A DNA stretch of 58,347 nucleotides, the filler included, from Sphacelaria rigidula (Eukaryota), in assembly GCA_964200075.2 (NCBI GenBank). It is 10 parts of 10 records of this genome, joined end to end, with 100 filler letters (N's around TTAATTAATTAA, not from the genome) between each part and the next. Parts side by side here need not be neighbours in the genome. Positions count along the whole stretch, not along the records: positions 35,071 to 40,815 come from CAXNAA020024794.1; positions 40,916 to 46,659 come from CAXNAA020024795.1; positions 46,760 to 52,503 come from CAXNAA020024796.1; 7 more parts are not named here. One strand, written 5' to 3'. Below the pieces are notes generated by a model. The model was not told where the DNA came from and did no database searches. It saw nothing but the letters and a program-made list of their open reading frames with translations. This document shows positions 35,071-47,995 of this stretch, in pieces. A program made the position numbers and the translations under genes. Each line of letters opens with the position of its first letter. The stretch's first letter is position 1.

Positions 35071-38066
35071 CCCACCTCCTCCCCCTTCTCCAAAGGCAGC
35101 CGTGCGCCATGAGCAAACCACCTAGGCATGCCACAAAATAAGTCCCCCCCCCCCCCCCCCTACCCCAATTGTGTGTGCGTCATAACTCGGCAATTTGCAC
35201 ATGACCTCGGCTACTATCTTGCACGGTACGTGAGGTTCTCCGGTCTCGGCAGGGTTCATGATCTCTGCCTAGGTTGTGGTTTCCGGGTCAGCTTGACTAG
35301 TATGAAATTCATGCTTTGAAAACATACACCCGAGATCGTGAACGGGCGCATCGAATACTATTTCTGGTTGTAGCTGTGCAAGCACCGCATGCAATACACG
35401 CGCGCCACGATCGCGACCCCGTGCATGGCATCGTGAAAACGAGTGCTATCCACCCGACGTCGTTGTGCACCGGCACATATTCTCAATGCTACGTTACGAT
35501 GTTTCGACAGATTTTTACCAAGGAAAATTTGGTGGTTTTTGATCGCGGATTTCCGGGTGGAGGTCGAATTAATCTACGACCTCCGGGCGGGATATTTCGG
35601 TGCATCTCGTAGTGTAGATCGAAGAGTCGATATTTTGATATCTGACCAATGACTTACTCGCTGTGTATACGGGTTACTCGACTGTGCTGTAGTTTGGCGT
35701 TATACAACTCTCCCGCGCGGTCATTTTTCTTCACGACGTTTCCGCTCGAGGGTTCCTCATCGGAAGAAATGGTTCTTTTTATTTGCGGGCTTTCAAACGT
35801 GACTACACATTTACTACACGATAGTGCCCACCTGCTCCACATACTGATCAGGTCTAATGACACGGCTCGTGTAGGCTACCAACGCCATCAAGGCATTCGA
35901 TACTGAGCAGTTACCGGGAGAAACGTGGACTTTGATTATCCGGTGTCGAGACCCCCCCTCCCCATCCTCAAGAGGACGGGTCCGAAAATCAAGGTCATGT
36001 TCTAGAGGATGAACCGGCTAAAATTCGGGTATCAACACGGTTATCAAGAACGGTGATGTACGAGAAAAGGGTAACGCTTTTTTCGGTATGAGGCACAGCG
36101 CTGCAAACGGGCTGGGCAGCTGGGAAACACGTTCCAGCGCCTCAACCCCACACCCGCGGTGTCTGGGTAGCAGCCCGACTATTTTTGTTGATCCTCACAC
36201 GTGGCACAACTGCCCCAACTACCGTACGGAAAAAAACAACCTGCGGGAGGCCCCTTTTTTGTGAACAAACCCGGAGCGTACACCCTGCTCGGTGTCGGAG
36301 AATTATCTCGACTTTTTTTCATGTGTGGACCCTTCAATGCTCACTTCCATACCTTTTTTCTTTACTTGACTTTGACTTGGTGACCGTACTGCCAGCTACC
36401 CAGGAGATAAGACCAAAAGTGACACCCACTTTTTTTGTGCGAATTACACCTCGCCAGAGCGGCCGAAATCCAACGACCGAGAAATTGTAGGTCTCCTGCT
36501 GGTTGGTCCGGAGACTCCAAAGATCCGACGATGATTACAGGATGCGAACGCTTGTTCGCCGGAGCTGACGACCGTCCATGAAACATGCGTGAAAATTCTT
36601 GCCCACATACACGCTCGAACGACCCAACTTACGTTCGGTGGACTCTTTTTGGCGGGGTGTATTCATCGGAGAAGTGGGTGGGGTCGTGACTGTTCGGCGT
36701 ATCTTCTGCGGAGCCGGCGGTACGGTCACTGCTTTACTGAATGATATGAAAAAAAGGGTGCTTGTGCGTTTTGAAAGATGCACACGTGAACTAAAAGAGG
36801 TGACATGATTTCTCAGCGAAACGCAGGGTCTACAGTACCCTCCTGAGTTGTTCACAGAAAAGGGTACCCTCAGGCTGTCTTTTTCTGCGCCGTAGTTGGG
36901 CCTAGTGCTACGTGTGGAGATAACCAAGAATGGTCGGGCATGCTGCCCTGATACCTCAAGCGTGGGGCTCGGGCGCCGGAACGTGTTTTCCAGGGTGTTC
37001 CGCCCGCGTCCAGCGCCGCGCCTCGTACCGGAAATGCGTTGCCCTATTTTGATTGAAGAGCACCGGGGTGTGCCTTCTTTGGTATCTCAACTATTGAACC
37101 GGCCTGAAACTTGGCACAGAGGTATACCACATCACGGACAGCATATTCCTAGATCGGAGGCGCGTTTCACGTGGTGCGTTAGACGCACGAAGCAGATACG
37201 GATTTTGGGCAACGTCATCGATACGCACTCAAAACGAAGTCCCCTCGACCCATACTGCGTGAGACGTGAGTGATGGTATATGTCGACACGCAGATGCGCT
37301 CACTTCCACATCATGACCTGCTGGGTGGCTCCTGCCCCGGCAATCAAACATGAAATCGTATGTGGCACACTTTGGATGATGTCACTCTACGCGGTAACAG
37401 TCTTGTATCGCCTGTTGAGGTGCTCACTTTGGGAGGCACAGCCGTGCAAGCGCTGTCAGTGCTTACCCCTAACTCCCACTACACGTCGTGTAGACAGCAG
37501 ACAACAACCTCATCTTGCTGAATCTGGCGTTGCGCGGTATGTGCGTGCGTATTGGGGCGAAGATATGTCGGATTCCGCTCCGTTTCTTTTTTTTTTTTGG
37601 CGTCAGACGGGCATCATGATGATATTTTGACGGCAGATTCGCTCGAACCAGCCTTGATTCAAAAGGATGAAATCAGATACCGCGTTTATACGTCCCAAGG
37701 CTCGGACGAAGTAATGTTTCGTCTGGAAATTACTTGATTTTGGAGCTTTGACTTGTATTGTACGAATCAAACCCTAGACTTTTTGGTCAGCGACCCGGGT
37801 ACGCGCAGCCCAGACTCGTGGAATGGCGCCGAAATTGCGCTGAGATTCCCACGACCAACGGCCACCGTTTTTCTTCCTTCTATTGAGCAATTAGGCATGA
37901 AAAGTCGTGGATGCGTTGATTTGAACCGGCGGTGATGCGTCCGAACCTTGATACCACCCCTCTGCTACACACGTGTGCCCCAACTTGCGGATTTTTTTGC
38001 CTCTTTATGACACCGCTTGTGTGCTTTTGCTGTTGCCATCTTGGCTTTTGTTGTTGTTGTTGGCAG

Positions 38067-38153
38067 CTTGGAACCCACAAGCGCGCCCTGGCCAAGCGTG
38101 AGGACATCAAGGGAGTCTACTCGAAGATGCGTGCGCGCCAGGCCATGACTTGA
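38067..38153 (+). CDS. RPL36: 60S ribosomal protein L36 (eL36), last exon
   Basis: ttgttggcag|CTT; LGTHKRALAKREDIKGVYSKMRARQAMT-TGA matches the eL36 LGTHxRAxxKREE motif; upstream exons not found on this contig. Confidence 0.9.
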   Translation, partial: LGTHKRALAKREDIKGVYSKMRARQAMT

Positions 38154-38904
38154 GCCGGGGCAAGAATGTCGAGGAGTCACTGGAGATCTCTCGTTCCCCA
38201 CACAAATCAACACACCTTTTGGTGCAGTTGTTTCTTGTGTTGCGACGGGAAACCGTTACTCAGGGGCGAGCCTGTTCATTCTTTCCGTCTTTTTCTTCTG
38301 CCCATCGTAGTTTTCCGCGTGGATGGCCTGGGCATTGGTTTGCTACCGTCGACATTTTGGGGATCGTTCGGGTATTGGCCAGAAGGGAGGGTGGAAAGGG
38401 GTAAGAGGTGAAGCCATCGCGTCCGGGCGGACTAAAGCAGGGCAACAGCGTGAAGAAAGATTGAAAAAAATAAAGCTTCAACTGAATTCTGGTGTGCTCT
38501 CCGTCTCAAGTTGTGCCTGTTACCCTATCGTCGCCACCCCATGTGATCCCTTGCACACAGACTCGGGCATCTCATCTTCGTTTTCGACGTCCCGCCTCAC
38601 ATTGTTCAGCACAATCATTTACGTTTCAAAAATCACCCCAACAGTCCATGACAACTCGTCATGGCTGCTGGTCAAAAACTACTCATCATAACGCTGGGCT
38701 TCGTGTTCCAGACGCGTGACACGAGAAGACGGGGTGGGAACGAAATATCGGTTCGAGCAAGACCCATGAGATATGTTGCCCAAGTTTACGTGTCATATCT
38801 CGAGCTTGCCTGTAACATGCCGTTAACCTTTCCCAAGGTCGACCTTGCTGAGCGAAAAAAGGGCCTTGATACTTCTTCTGTGCCAAAAATAGAGCTCCCG
38901 TGCT

Positions 38905-39447
38905 CGGATAGCATCGCGATAGAGAGAAATTGCACTTTTTATCGCAATACTGTCACGAGAGTAATAAACTTGCTCAATCTGGCGGAAAGGGGTCTAAAAG
39001 GCTGTTTAAAGGGGCCTGAACAGTTTTTATACATCTTGTGTAATGTCGTTCACATTCATGATGAAATTTCAATCGTGACTGGGGGTACGGCTCCCTTCAC
39101 GCGGATCCTGGTGGAAGGGACCCCCTCCCGCGACAATTGTCAGGATCACACAATTACTTGCAACGACCACTGGCGACACTTGGGCGACACGAAGCATTTT
39201 CACGAGGAAATATCTAGGACCAGACAATTTACATTGATTCGATCTTCTCTGGTCGTGGAAGATGGTATCGCGATAGCATCGCGATAGCATCGCGATGGAG
39301 AAGAGTGGCTTTTTTTCCATCGCGATAGTATGGCGATCGAAATGAGCAATGCCTCTATCGCGATGCCAATCCTGGCTATTTCTGATTGCGATAGCATGGC
39401 GATAGAGAAATTTGTCTTTCTATCGCGATGCTATCGCGACACCACTG
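38905..39447. mobile_element. Probable hAT-type element end with subterminal ATCGCGAT palindromes
   Basis: Clusters of atcgcgat/gcgatagc at 38907-38921 and 39267-39440, ending ...cgcgacaccactg (CAGTG terminus on the minus strand); left terminus not seen. Confidence 0.45.
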
Positions 39448-40443
39448 TTGGGGTCAAATAGGCCTAAATGGACAGTTCCAGAAAACGTATTCCGCTGCCC
39501 TCCCGGAAGGCAATTTTACAAAAGTTGTAACGATTTTTCTCAATTTTTTGTTGTTGAAAGAAATTGATTGACGAACACTGACGAAACCGAAAATTCTGGC
39601 GGACTTTGCGAGGACTGTATAGTTGTTTCTGCCCCTTGCCCGCCCTGTCCCGATGACCTCGGATGCCGGCAACACTCACACGTGTATGTCCGGTACCCAA
39701 GCGCACGTTAGCGACAGACCGTAGCCAACGTTTCAGCGTCATCTCACGCCTCGCCAAGTTTGCCCGAGCTAACGTTGAGTAGTCGAGGCACATGACACGG
39801 AACATAATCCCATACATGTGATCATGGTAGTAGGTGATGAGCGTGGAGAGGTAGTGTGTCCGTCGTCTCAGCGGTCTCCATGCCAAGGATTATCTCTGTA
39901 CACGGCAGCCGACCGCATCCGCCAACGCCTCGGCAATAAGCTAGGGGACAGCAGGCTGGGTGCCCTCCCCCCCTCCCCACCCTCAAAAAATCGAATTTTC
40001 GATTTTGGGGCCCACGTCTCCCGATTTTGTTTTGACGGACCCCTGAATTGTCTGTTATTTTTACTTGAAAATGACTGAAATTAAGTGATTGAGATACATA
40101 ATAACGCCCCTGCGTGCAAACCACATGCTTCTGGTAGTCGGGTCCCAAAGGGATTGCGAAGTATTTTCGGGGGGGAAATACATTGGCATTTTCCGCGCGC
40201 CGTTCCGGGGCCTCCTTATATCTTCAATGAAAAGCTCCGCCGTCCTCAGTTTTGATGATCGGCTGTTAAATGCACTGTTTATATTCTTCTTCTAACAACA
40301 TACTCCTTCTGTCCCATAAGTAAAGGTACCTAAATTTGTACGGGTCCTTGACGATGTCCGATCGATTTTTTTTAATAAACTCTACGGCGTTTTTTGGCGC
40401 AAGAAAAAGTGTTTTTTAATTTGCAGCTCGTGCTTGAGCCATG

Positions 40444-40704
40444 CCGCCGAACGGCTGCAAAAAAAGTAGTTGCCCCCAAAATGGCCTTTTTTTTGCTCCT
40501 TTCCAAGGGGGGAAAAAGTGTCGCTTGTTTATTTTTTCAATCATTTTAATCGCGTGGGACTTCCTGGCAGCAAGCCCCGCCGAACGGCTGCAAAAAAAGT
40601 GGTCGGCCCACAAATGGCCGTTTTTTGCCCCTTTTCGAGGGGGAAAAAGTGTCGAGATTTTCTTTCTTGATTTTTTTTAATTGCGTGGGACTACCTGGCA
40701 GCAA
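40444..40704. repeat. Two-copy ~133-bp tandem duplication
   Basis: ccgccgaacggctgcaaaaaaag...aaaagtgtcg...cgtgggact.cctggcagcaagc occurs twice. Confidence 0.8.
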
Positions 40705-40734
40705 GCATAAGTGAAGGCGGGGGCGATTAAAAGA

Positions 40735-40735
<1 letters not shown>

Positions 40736-40810
<75 letters not shown>
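40736..40810. repeat. (CA)n microsatellite
   Basis: Read directly. Confidence 0.97.
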
Positions 40811-40812
<2 letters not shown>

Positions 40813-40815
40813 ACA

Positions 40816-40915
40816 NNNNNNNNNNNNNNNNNNNNNNNNNNNNNNNNNNNNNNNNNNNNTTAATTAATTAANNNNNNNNNNNNNNNNNNNNNNNNNNNNN
40901 NNNNNNNNNNNNNNN
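40816..40915. other. Artificial contig-joining linker 7
   Basis: Same 100-bp spacer. Confidence 0.98.
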
Positions 40916-43900
40916 GACGCTACAAGCTACCACCAACTAGACAACTGACCAGTCAGCGCTGACTGGTCAGTAGTCTAGTTGGTTGTCTCTTAAACCGTCA
41001 CATCTCTCACTGATTATTCCCTTGATCGCCCAGCACACTGCTCTCACCAAAGATAAACAGTAGGAACAGATGGTTCGGCTCCAAGTGTAGCTCAAGAGTG
41101 GGCGAGGGTGCATGAGGTACATGCAACGCAGTCTATCTGAACTCGGCCCGAGAAGGCGTTTGCCTCCTCGGGGCCAGGGCATGTCAGCCTGCACACTAAT
41201 TTTCCTCAGCTAGGATATACCAGCCTGTGCATCAATCTTCCCTAGAACGTAGCCTGTACATCAACCTTCCCCAGAACTATGGGAGCATTCCCATGGACAG
41301 ATCGGATGATCTGTGAGCCAACCTGCCCCAAAACCTTCTTAAAGAACAAATGACGCCTCTCTTTCTTCCTTCCTCATGACACTCACCCACCCAGACGAAC
41401 CTCTATTTGAGTTGCGGTGAAATCTCAGGAGCAACTTCAATTGAGGCTTGTCTCACCCATCAAGTCATGAGGAGACAACGCGAAAAAGAAGAAAAGCAAG
41501 AGGGCAATGACCAGCCCGGTGCCCGATCCTCCCACACCTCAAACAAGAAAACCCAAAGGTGCCTCAAAAACCGCAATTACGCAATTGCGGTTGACTGCGC
41601 AGGAGCACACAATGCTGCGGCGAGCTAGCGAACAAACGGAAAAAGCACACAATGCTTGGACGCGCTAGCTAGATGAAAAGCAAAGGAAAACCCCGCAAAT
41701 AACACAGTGGTAATCTCAAGCAGGAGACAAAACTCAAGGACCCGAATAGGGTCGAGTGCCAGCCAGACAAAGCGGCGGTAGCGTAGGGGGCAATGGAAGG
41801 GGGCGAAGGGGGTCCAGAAGAAGTCGTCGAAGAGGTTGATGAAGGCAGAGATGAGCCGCGATAGGAGAGCCAGCGTAGGTGAAACATGAAGAGTAGATTG
41901 TACCTGAGGGGGGGACAAAGGAAGTACCAGAACCAAACTGGGAGGGTAGATACAAATCGCGATAAAGGGAGTGCGAAGAGATAGAACTCAGGATGGTGCA
42001 TTGATGTCGTGTGTACGATCGATATTGCGCTGAAGACCTCGGTGTAAGCCGTGTGACTTAAAGCGTTGTAGGCACCAGGAACCGCGGGGTGCGGAAGGGC
42101 TGGTTATGTAAAAATCGGAGCGAAGCTTGAGCTGAACTGGGCCTGGGTCGTCGAGGAAACGCACGATGTACGTGTCGACCGCGAGGGCATCGACGGAGTG
42201 CGTCTGACCTAGCCGCCAGAGGTAATCGCTGCCCTTATACCACAAGTAGGCACGTTTAGGGAGCGGTTGTTGTTTTGCGCGGATCTTTTCGTCCCATTGT
42301 TTGGTGGGTACGAGTTCGTTACCATCGGCTACAAAACGTAGTCCTTTGTCGCGGTGGAGTTCGCGGGCTGCGGCGCCGCGTCTTATGTTGCGATATCCCT
42401 TGTTGTCAGCGAGCTGTTGCTGTGGGGATTGTGTCCAACAGAGAAGGATGGCACGACGGTGCAGTTGAAGGTTGGACTCACGTTCCCAAGACGCACGCCG
42501 AAGGCCTTGCCAGTGTGTCTTGTACATGACAGCAATTTTGCCGCCAGGGTCTCGGGTGATTTGGTGGCCGGAAATGTGGGACACGGCCAAGTGGAGAGGT
42601 TGTTCAGTCACGTCATCGGTTGTAACGTGGTACGGTGGAGATTTTGTTGAGCAGCTGTTGAGCACGTATTGGGTGAGGCCTGCAGGCAGGTATTGAGGCA
42701 TGTCCGTGGTGTCATGCGGGTTTGTGCAGGGCTTACAGCGATGCACAGAGACGCGAGATTTAGCGTCGTGCCCCTGGAGGTCACGAGGTAGATCGAGGTA
42801 GAGGAGTTTATCGCCAACGGGCTTGCCGTCAGGAGATGTCGGCGAGGGTCCGACTATGAGAATCTTGAACGGGCCCGTCCAATTGAGGGACAGTTTCGTC
42901 TTCAAGACTGTTGCTTGGGCACTACGGTCAGCGCCTTGACGGATGGTGGACAAACTGTTGTAGATCCAGACCCAATCGCCGATCTTCCAAGTAGGGCGTT
43001 TGTGCATCAAGTTGTAGAGGGCGTTATTGGATCTTTCAAGGCGTGAGACGTTGATGGCGTGTTGTTCGCGCACCAAGGTGACAGCTTTGCGCTGACGAGC
43101 CCTGGCGAGGTCGTGGTAGGACATCTGATCCTGTTCCAGACCTTGGTGACCATCGAAGGTATATCGTTCGAAAACGGTGATGGGTAGACGAGGATAGCGT
43201 CCAAGATGCAGCTCGTTGGGCGAGAGGTCCGTAGCCGCATTAACCGAATTGTTGTAAGACAACATGACATGCGAGAGATAAAGGTCCCAATCATTTTGTC
43301 GTTGACGACCATGGATAGCATTTGAGCCATCGTGTGGTTCACACGTTCAGTCCCACCGTTACCGTTAGGGTGGTAGGCGCTCGTGGCAATTTTGCGAATG
43401 CCGAGGAGCTTGTACAAAGCATCCGAGAGGTCGGAGCAAAATTGTTGGCCATTGTCGGAGAGGAGCCGTTTTGGGCAGCCATAGTGCTTAATGTAGTCAT
43501 GGACGAGAATGTCCGCTGTGCCGGCGGCAGTGAAATCGCTAGCAGTGACAGCATACATAGCCGCGTGACGGCTGAAGCGGTCGGTGAAGAGTAGAATGTA
43601 GGTATTACCACGGTCAGTTGGGGGTAGAGGGCCGAAGTAGTCGAACGATACGAAGTGACCAGGAGCGTTTGGAAGCTCCATGGAAATCACCGGCCATCGC
43701 ACAGTCTGTCGAGAGGGTTTGCGGGCTTGGCATTCGAAGCATCGGCGTACCCAAAAACGCGTGGATGCTTCCCTGCCAATCCACCAATAAAAACGTGCAA
43801 GGAGCGCTAATGTTCGCGTGACGCCTAAGTGGCAGGGCAAATCAGAGTGACAGCCTTTCATGACCCATGGGTGCATCATGATAGGGACATAGATGCGGAG

Positions 43901-46659
43901 AGGGGCGTCATGACACAGAAGTGCCGAAGCGGCAGTTCTTACTGCGGCAGCCGTGCCCAATTGGGATTTGGGTCGACGAACAAGCAGATGAACGTCCTCG
44001 TCAGCCGTGCACCTTTGCGTGCCAGCTCGAGCACATCAGAGGCGGCGGGAGCGGGTAAAGGGCCTACGGTGGTCAGAATTTCCGATGGGAAAAGGGTGGG
44101 GCACTTAAGCCTTAAGTACCGCATTGTCGCACGACAGAGCGGGTCCTGTTGTTGATCGCGAGCTCAGTCGTGGTGAGAGTAACTAGCGAGAAATTCCCGA
44201 AGTTGGCCTTCAGCCGGAGAGCCAACCAGACACGGTGGCTCAGGAGGCGGTGGGACAGGCGAAGAAGGAGGTATGCCAACGTCAACGTGTTGACCCGGGA
44301 GCGGATCTGACGCATGTGTATCACGAGCCAGAGGCGCAGGTGCCGGAAGATTCCCAGAAGGCGGCGTAGGTGTAGCGCGAACTGGTGAACGCGATCGGCG
44401 CGTTGGGCGCACAAGGGGCGCGGGCGGTGTTGGTACAACACTGGGCACACGGCCAGTTGTTGAAGGCGTGGTACGGTTCGTGGGGGCACAAGGCGGCGGC
44501 GGCGACGTATTGCTACGCGCGGTTGGCGATGGTGGTGTCATTACAGTCCGCGAAGATTTGGCACGAGCTGCCGACCGAGAGTGCGTGTTGTCGGAGATGA
44601 GGTGAACAGTTGGTGGTGGCGGCGCCGAGATGTTCGCGCGAGGGCCGAGAGTGCGAAAGTCGGCAAAATCAGCAGCTGTGTGCGCTAAGCCATCCAAGAC
44701 TGTATCAGGGGGTAGAGGGCGGGGGCCACCCATGTGCAGACCTGTTTCGGGGCATTGCAGATCGAGCGCGTAGATGGGCGTAGAAAAACGCCGGATGGGG
44801 TAGACGCCTGGTTCGTCAGGTTCAGTAAAGCGGCAAGCGGGACTGATATCTACCGCTGTAGGAGGTAGGGGTAATCGCGAAAGAAGGTCAGCATTGCCGT
44901 TAGTTTTGCCCGGACGGTGTCTAACAGTGTACTGGTAGGCAGTCAAGAACTCTAGCAACTGTTGTACGCGGGGGTTATGTTCTCCAACCTTAGCGCGTTG
45001 TTCAAGAGCTCCGTGATCTGTATAGATGTGGAAAGGTACGTGGAACAAGTACTGTCGAAGCCTTTTAATAGCCCACGTTATGACTTCTCCTTCGAGTTCG
45101 AGTGGACTCCAGTTTGCCTCATTTGGGAGGGTCGCGCGGCTGATGTACAAAATAGATCGGACAGAGCCATCCAGTTGAGGCTGATTCAAAACGGCGCCGA
45201 ACCCATCTGTGCTAGTATCGGTGTGTAGTTGGAAAAGACGTGAGCCGTCTTGTACCACATCCCAATCCGGAAAACAAAGAACCGGTTTTTCGGTCAGTGT
45301 TTTTGAGCAGTTCGCGGACTGTGGTCTCCATGTCTTTAGTGAAGACAAACGGGACGTTCTTCTTCAGTATATCTGTGACGGTCCGGATCCGCTTGGACAA
45401 GTTGAGCAAAAATTTGCGATAGTATGAAAGTCCGCCTAACAGCGAGCGAAGCTGCGAAATATTGGTGGGCATGGGCAGATCTGTCATAGCTTTGACCTTG
45501 TTCGTGTCGGGGTGCAATCCAGCAGGAGAGATAGAGTGTCCCAAGAAATCCAATTCAGTGGCTCCGAGTCGAGCTTTGGATGGAGACAATTTCAAGTCGT
45601 GTGTACGCAAGCGGGAGAGAAATTCCCGTAGAGTGCGAACATGCGCCTTGGGGGAGGCATCAAAAGCGATAGCATCGTCTAGATACATGATAACATGCTC
45701 GAGACCGTCAGTAACGCGTTGCATGAGGCGTTGAAAGCAATTAGGTGCGGTGGCAGCGTCTTGTGGCATACGAAGCCATTCAAAAAGCCCTGAAGATGTA
45801 CAGAACGCTGTCAAGGGAACTGTATCGGGGTGAATTGCATTTTGAAAAAAATCCAGATGCCAGATCGAAGGTGCTGAATATTTTTCCTTCGCCGAGAAAG
45901 TCGAAGATTTCGTCGATGCGAGGTATGGAGAGTTTTCCCACGACAGTGACGCGGTTCAGCCGTTTGTAGTTCACGGTGATGCGCATCTTGCCATCTTTTT
46001 TGGGGACGACCACAAGGGGTGAGGCCCATGGCGAAGACGAGTGTTGAATCAGACCAGCTCCTAAGTAGGCATCCAAAACAGCATTGACTTTTTTGGTGAG
46101 GAGGGGATTCGTTCGATATGGTCGAGATGAGATTGGCGAAACGCCAGGTTGCAGTGTTATCTCGAATGGCGATGTTTTACAATGCCCGAGATCCGTCTTG
46201 GATCGTGAAAATCTGTCCTGATATTTCAGGAGAACATCTTGTAGCTCCTGGATGACGGCGGGCTCCCAGCCCGGATCATGTAGGTCAAAATGGATATCAC
46301 GCAAATGAGGTGGAAGTTGGTGCCACATTTGCAAGAAATGTTCTCGAGAATCGACTGATAAGCGTTGAAGCACTTCATCAGGAGGTTCAGCAGGGGGTCT
46401 GTCGGGTTCCACCGCAGAAATCTGAGTCGGGGATGAGATGGAGAGATTGAAGTATGGCTCATCAACGCAGTGGACAAAACCATCAGTCGGCGGCGTGAGA
46501 TCAGGCGCCGGAGGGTCGGCTACACAAGTTTCCAGAGGAATGTGCATAAGAGGAGCGCGGCGATGCCCAAGACATCGCCAGGTTTAAATTAGCATGGAAC
46601 ATCAAATTGTGCGAATTGAGGTTCAACTCCGAGATGAGGTCCAAGCCTCAAACAGTGCT
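40916..46659 (-). mobile_element. Ty3/Gypsy LTR retrotransposon, degenerate pol (RT-RNaseH-IN-chromo-extra domain) plus start of the 3' LTR
   Basis: RT (SSSPWASPLVVVPKKDG, FSTFDLASGF, YLDD); RNase H (LHTDTS, IYTDH, NADLLSR); IN zinc finger (H-x4-H...CFEC); rve core (LLSDNGQQF, GTERVN); WTGPFKIL; chromodomain. PPT gggtgggtgag then TGTCATGA from 41381 leftwards. Several frameshifts and stops. Confidence 0.97.
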
Positions 46660-46759
46660 NNNNNNNNNNNNNNNNNNNNNNNNNNNNNNNNNNNNNNNNN
46701 NNNTTAATTAATTAANNNNNNNNNNNNNNNNNNNNNNNNNNNNNNNNNNNNNNNNNNNN
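46660..46759. other. Artificial contig-joining linker 8
   Basis: Same 100-bp spacer. Confidence 0.98.
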
Positions 46760-47253
46760 AGGCCATTTACCGGCCCACGTTTGGTGTTTGTGTATTGAAA
46801 CTTTGTGTGAGGCGTGGCTAGGGCATAATCAACAAACGTTATTGGTCAGGTTATTTTTTTCAATTTTTTCCACTGGTTTAGGGCGTTCTACCATTGGAAA
46901 GACCGTATTTCACTAGAACGCCCTAATCTCTATGAAAAAAAATGTAAGGCCCATTTTTTTTTTTATTCGGCACTCTTTTGTGTTTCTCCACACCAAAATT
47001 CGTCGCCATCCGCTAAATGCATCGATCGGGAGTTTCGCAGAGATTTTAGTATTGGCGCTATCTCCCTTAGGTGTAGGAATTACTAGACATCGGGCTTAAT
47101 CAACGAGAAAATATGGGCCCAAACTTTTGAGCAAATGGGCACCTTCCCCTTGATTAGACCATTAATACGATATGCGGATCACGACCCAACTCGTCTGTGT
47201 CGATGAGTTATTGCTTTTAGAGCTTAAATCCGTTTTTAGGCTGGCCCAGCTCG
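46760..47253. mobile_element. Right arm of the mariner-type family seen at 7888-9528
   Basis: Collinear similarity to ~8217-9528 without the piggyBac-like insert; ends ggctggcccagctcg|ta. Confidence 0.8.
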
Positions 47254-47995
47254 TAAAAAATATCTCCGGATGCCCATTTTTTGGCATTCAACAGTCACTG
47301 TGATGATTGGTGGCAGGCAAAACAAATTTGGACAATCTTTGAGGAAATAAGAAATTACGGATTCTGCATACTTCTGACGCTGACTACTGTAGTTGGGTTG
47401 AACCTATCGGTACCGCCATGTGCGCCGTGTGCTCTCTACCGCATCCGTCCCTTGTTTGGGGAACATGAAGCACGTGTCACCCCCGGGGTGGGTCCTGCAT
47501 TGCTCCGGCATAAGTTTCACTAGAAAAATGATGGATGGTGTACAGTACGGTACACGTGACAATCTAGGCAGACGAAGCCCAACCAAAACACACAGTATAG
47601 TACAGTGCAGTGCAGTGCAGTGCCGTCTTCTCTCTCCCCCCCTACTGCGCTCCTTCCTTTTGTCTATGGGTATCACCAAGGGATCAGATTCCACCACATC
47701 TCTGGAGACCGTGAACTCTCCCTGCCGCCAGCTCTAGAAAATAACACTTCGGCTGCCAGGATGGGTCATCTGGGTGCTGTACGCATCTCACGAACACAAA
47801 CTGAAGTCGGCCGCGCGACAAGTAGTAAGAGAGAGGATAGGATCATGTGTACTGTACTGCACCGCAGTGTATTGTACTGTATGTACTCTGCGTTGGTCGT
47901 GATGACGCCGATTGGAAGTGTGATCCAGGTGCCGCGGTCCGAGGGGTCATGCGGCACAGATCAGCCGCACGTGTTTTTGATATTATCCCTGGGGT

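Noticed and set aside
37600..37935. Intronic snoRNA in the RPL36 intron (ATGATGA near 37617; hairpin near 37814-37855)
   Set aside because: No properly placed CTGA D box with terminal stem and no convincing H/ACA boxes; snoscan or Infernal would be needed.
38661..39287. 208-aa ORF downstream of RPL36
   Set aside because: It runs through ATCGCGAT-repeat transposon sequence and shows no domain motifs.
28568..44166. TGA read as Trp: three TE stops (28570, 29008, 44164) fall at likely Trp positions
   Set aside because: Host exons use TGG for Trp (dapL, kinase, WGR) and RPL36 ends in TGA. TGG-to-TGA is a single transition expected in decaying elements, and the Gypsy copy also has frameshifts.
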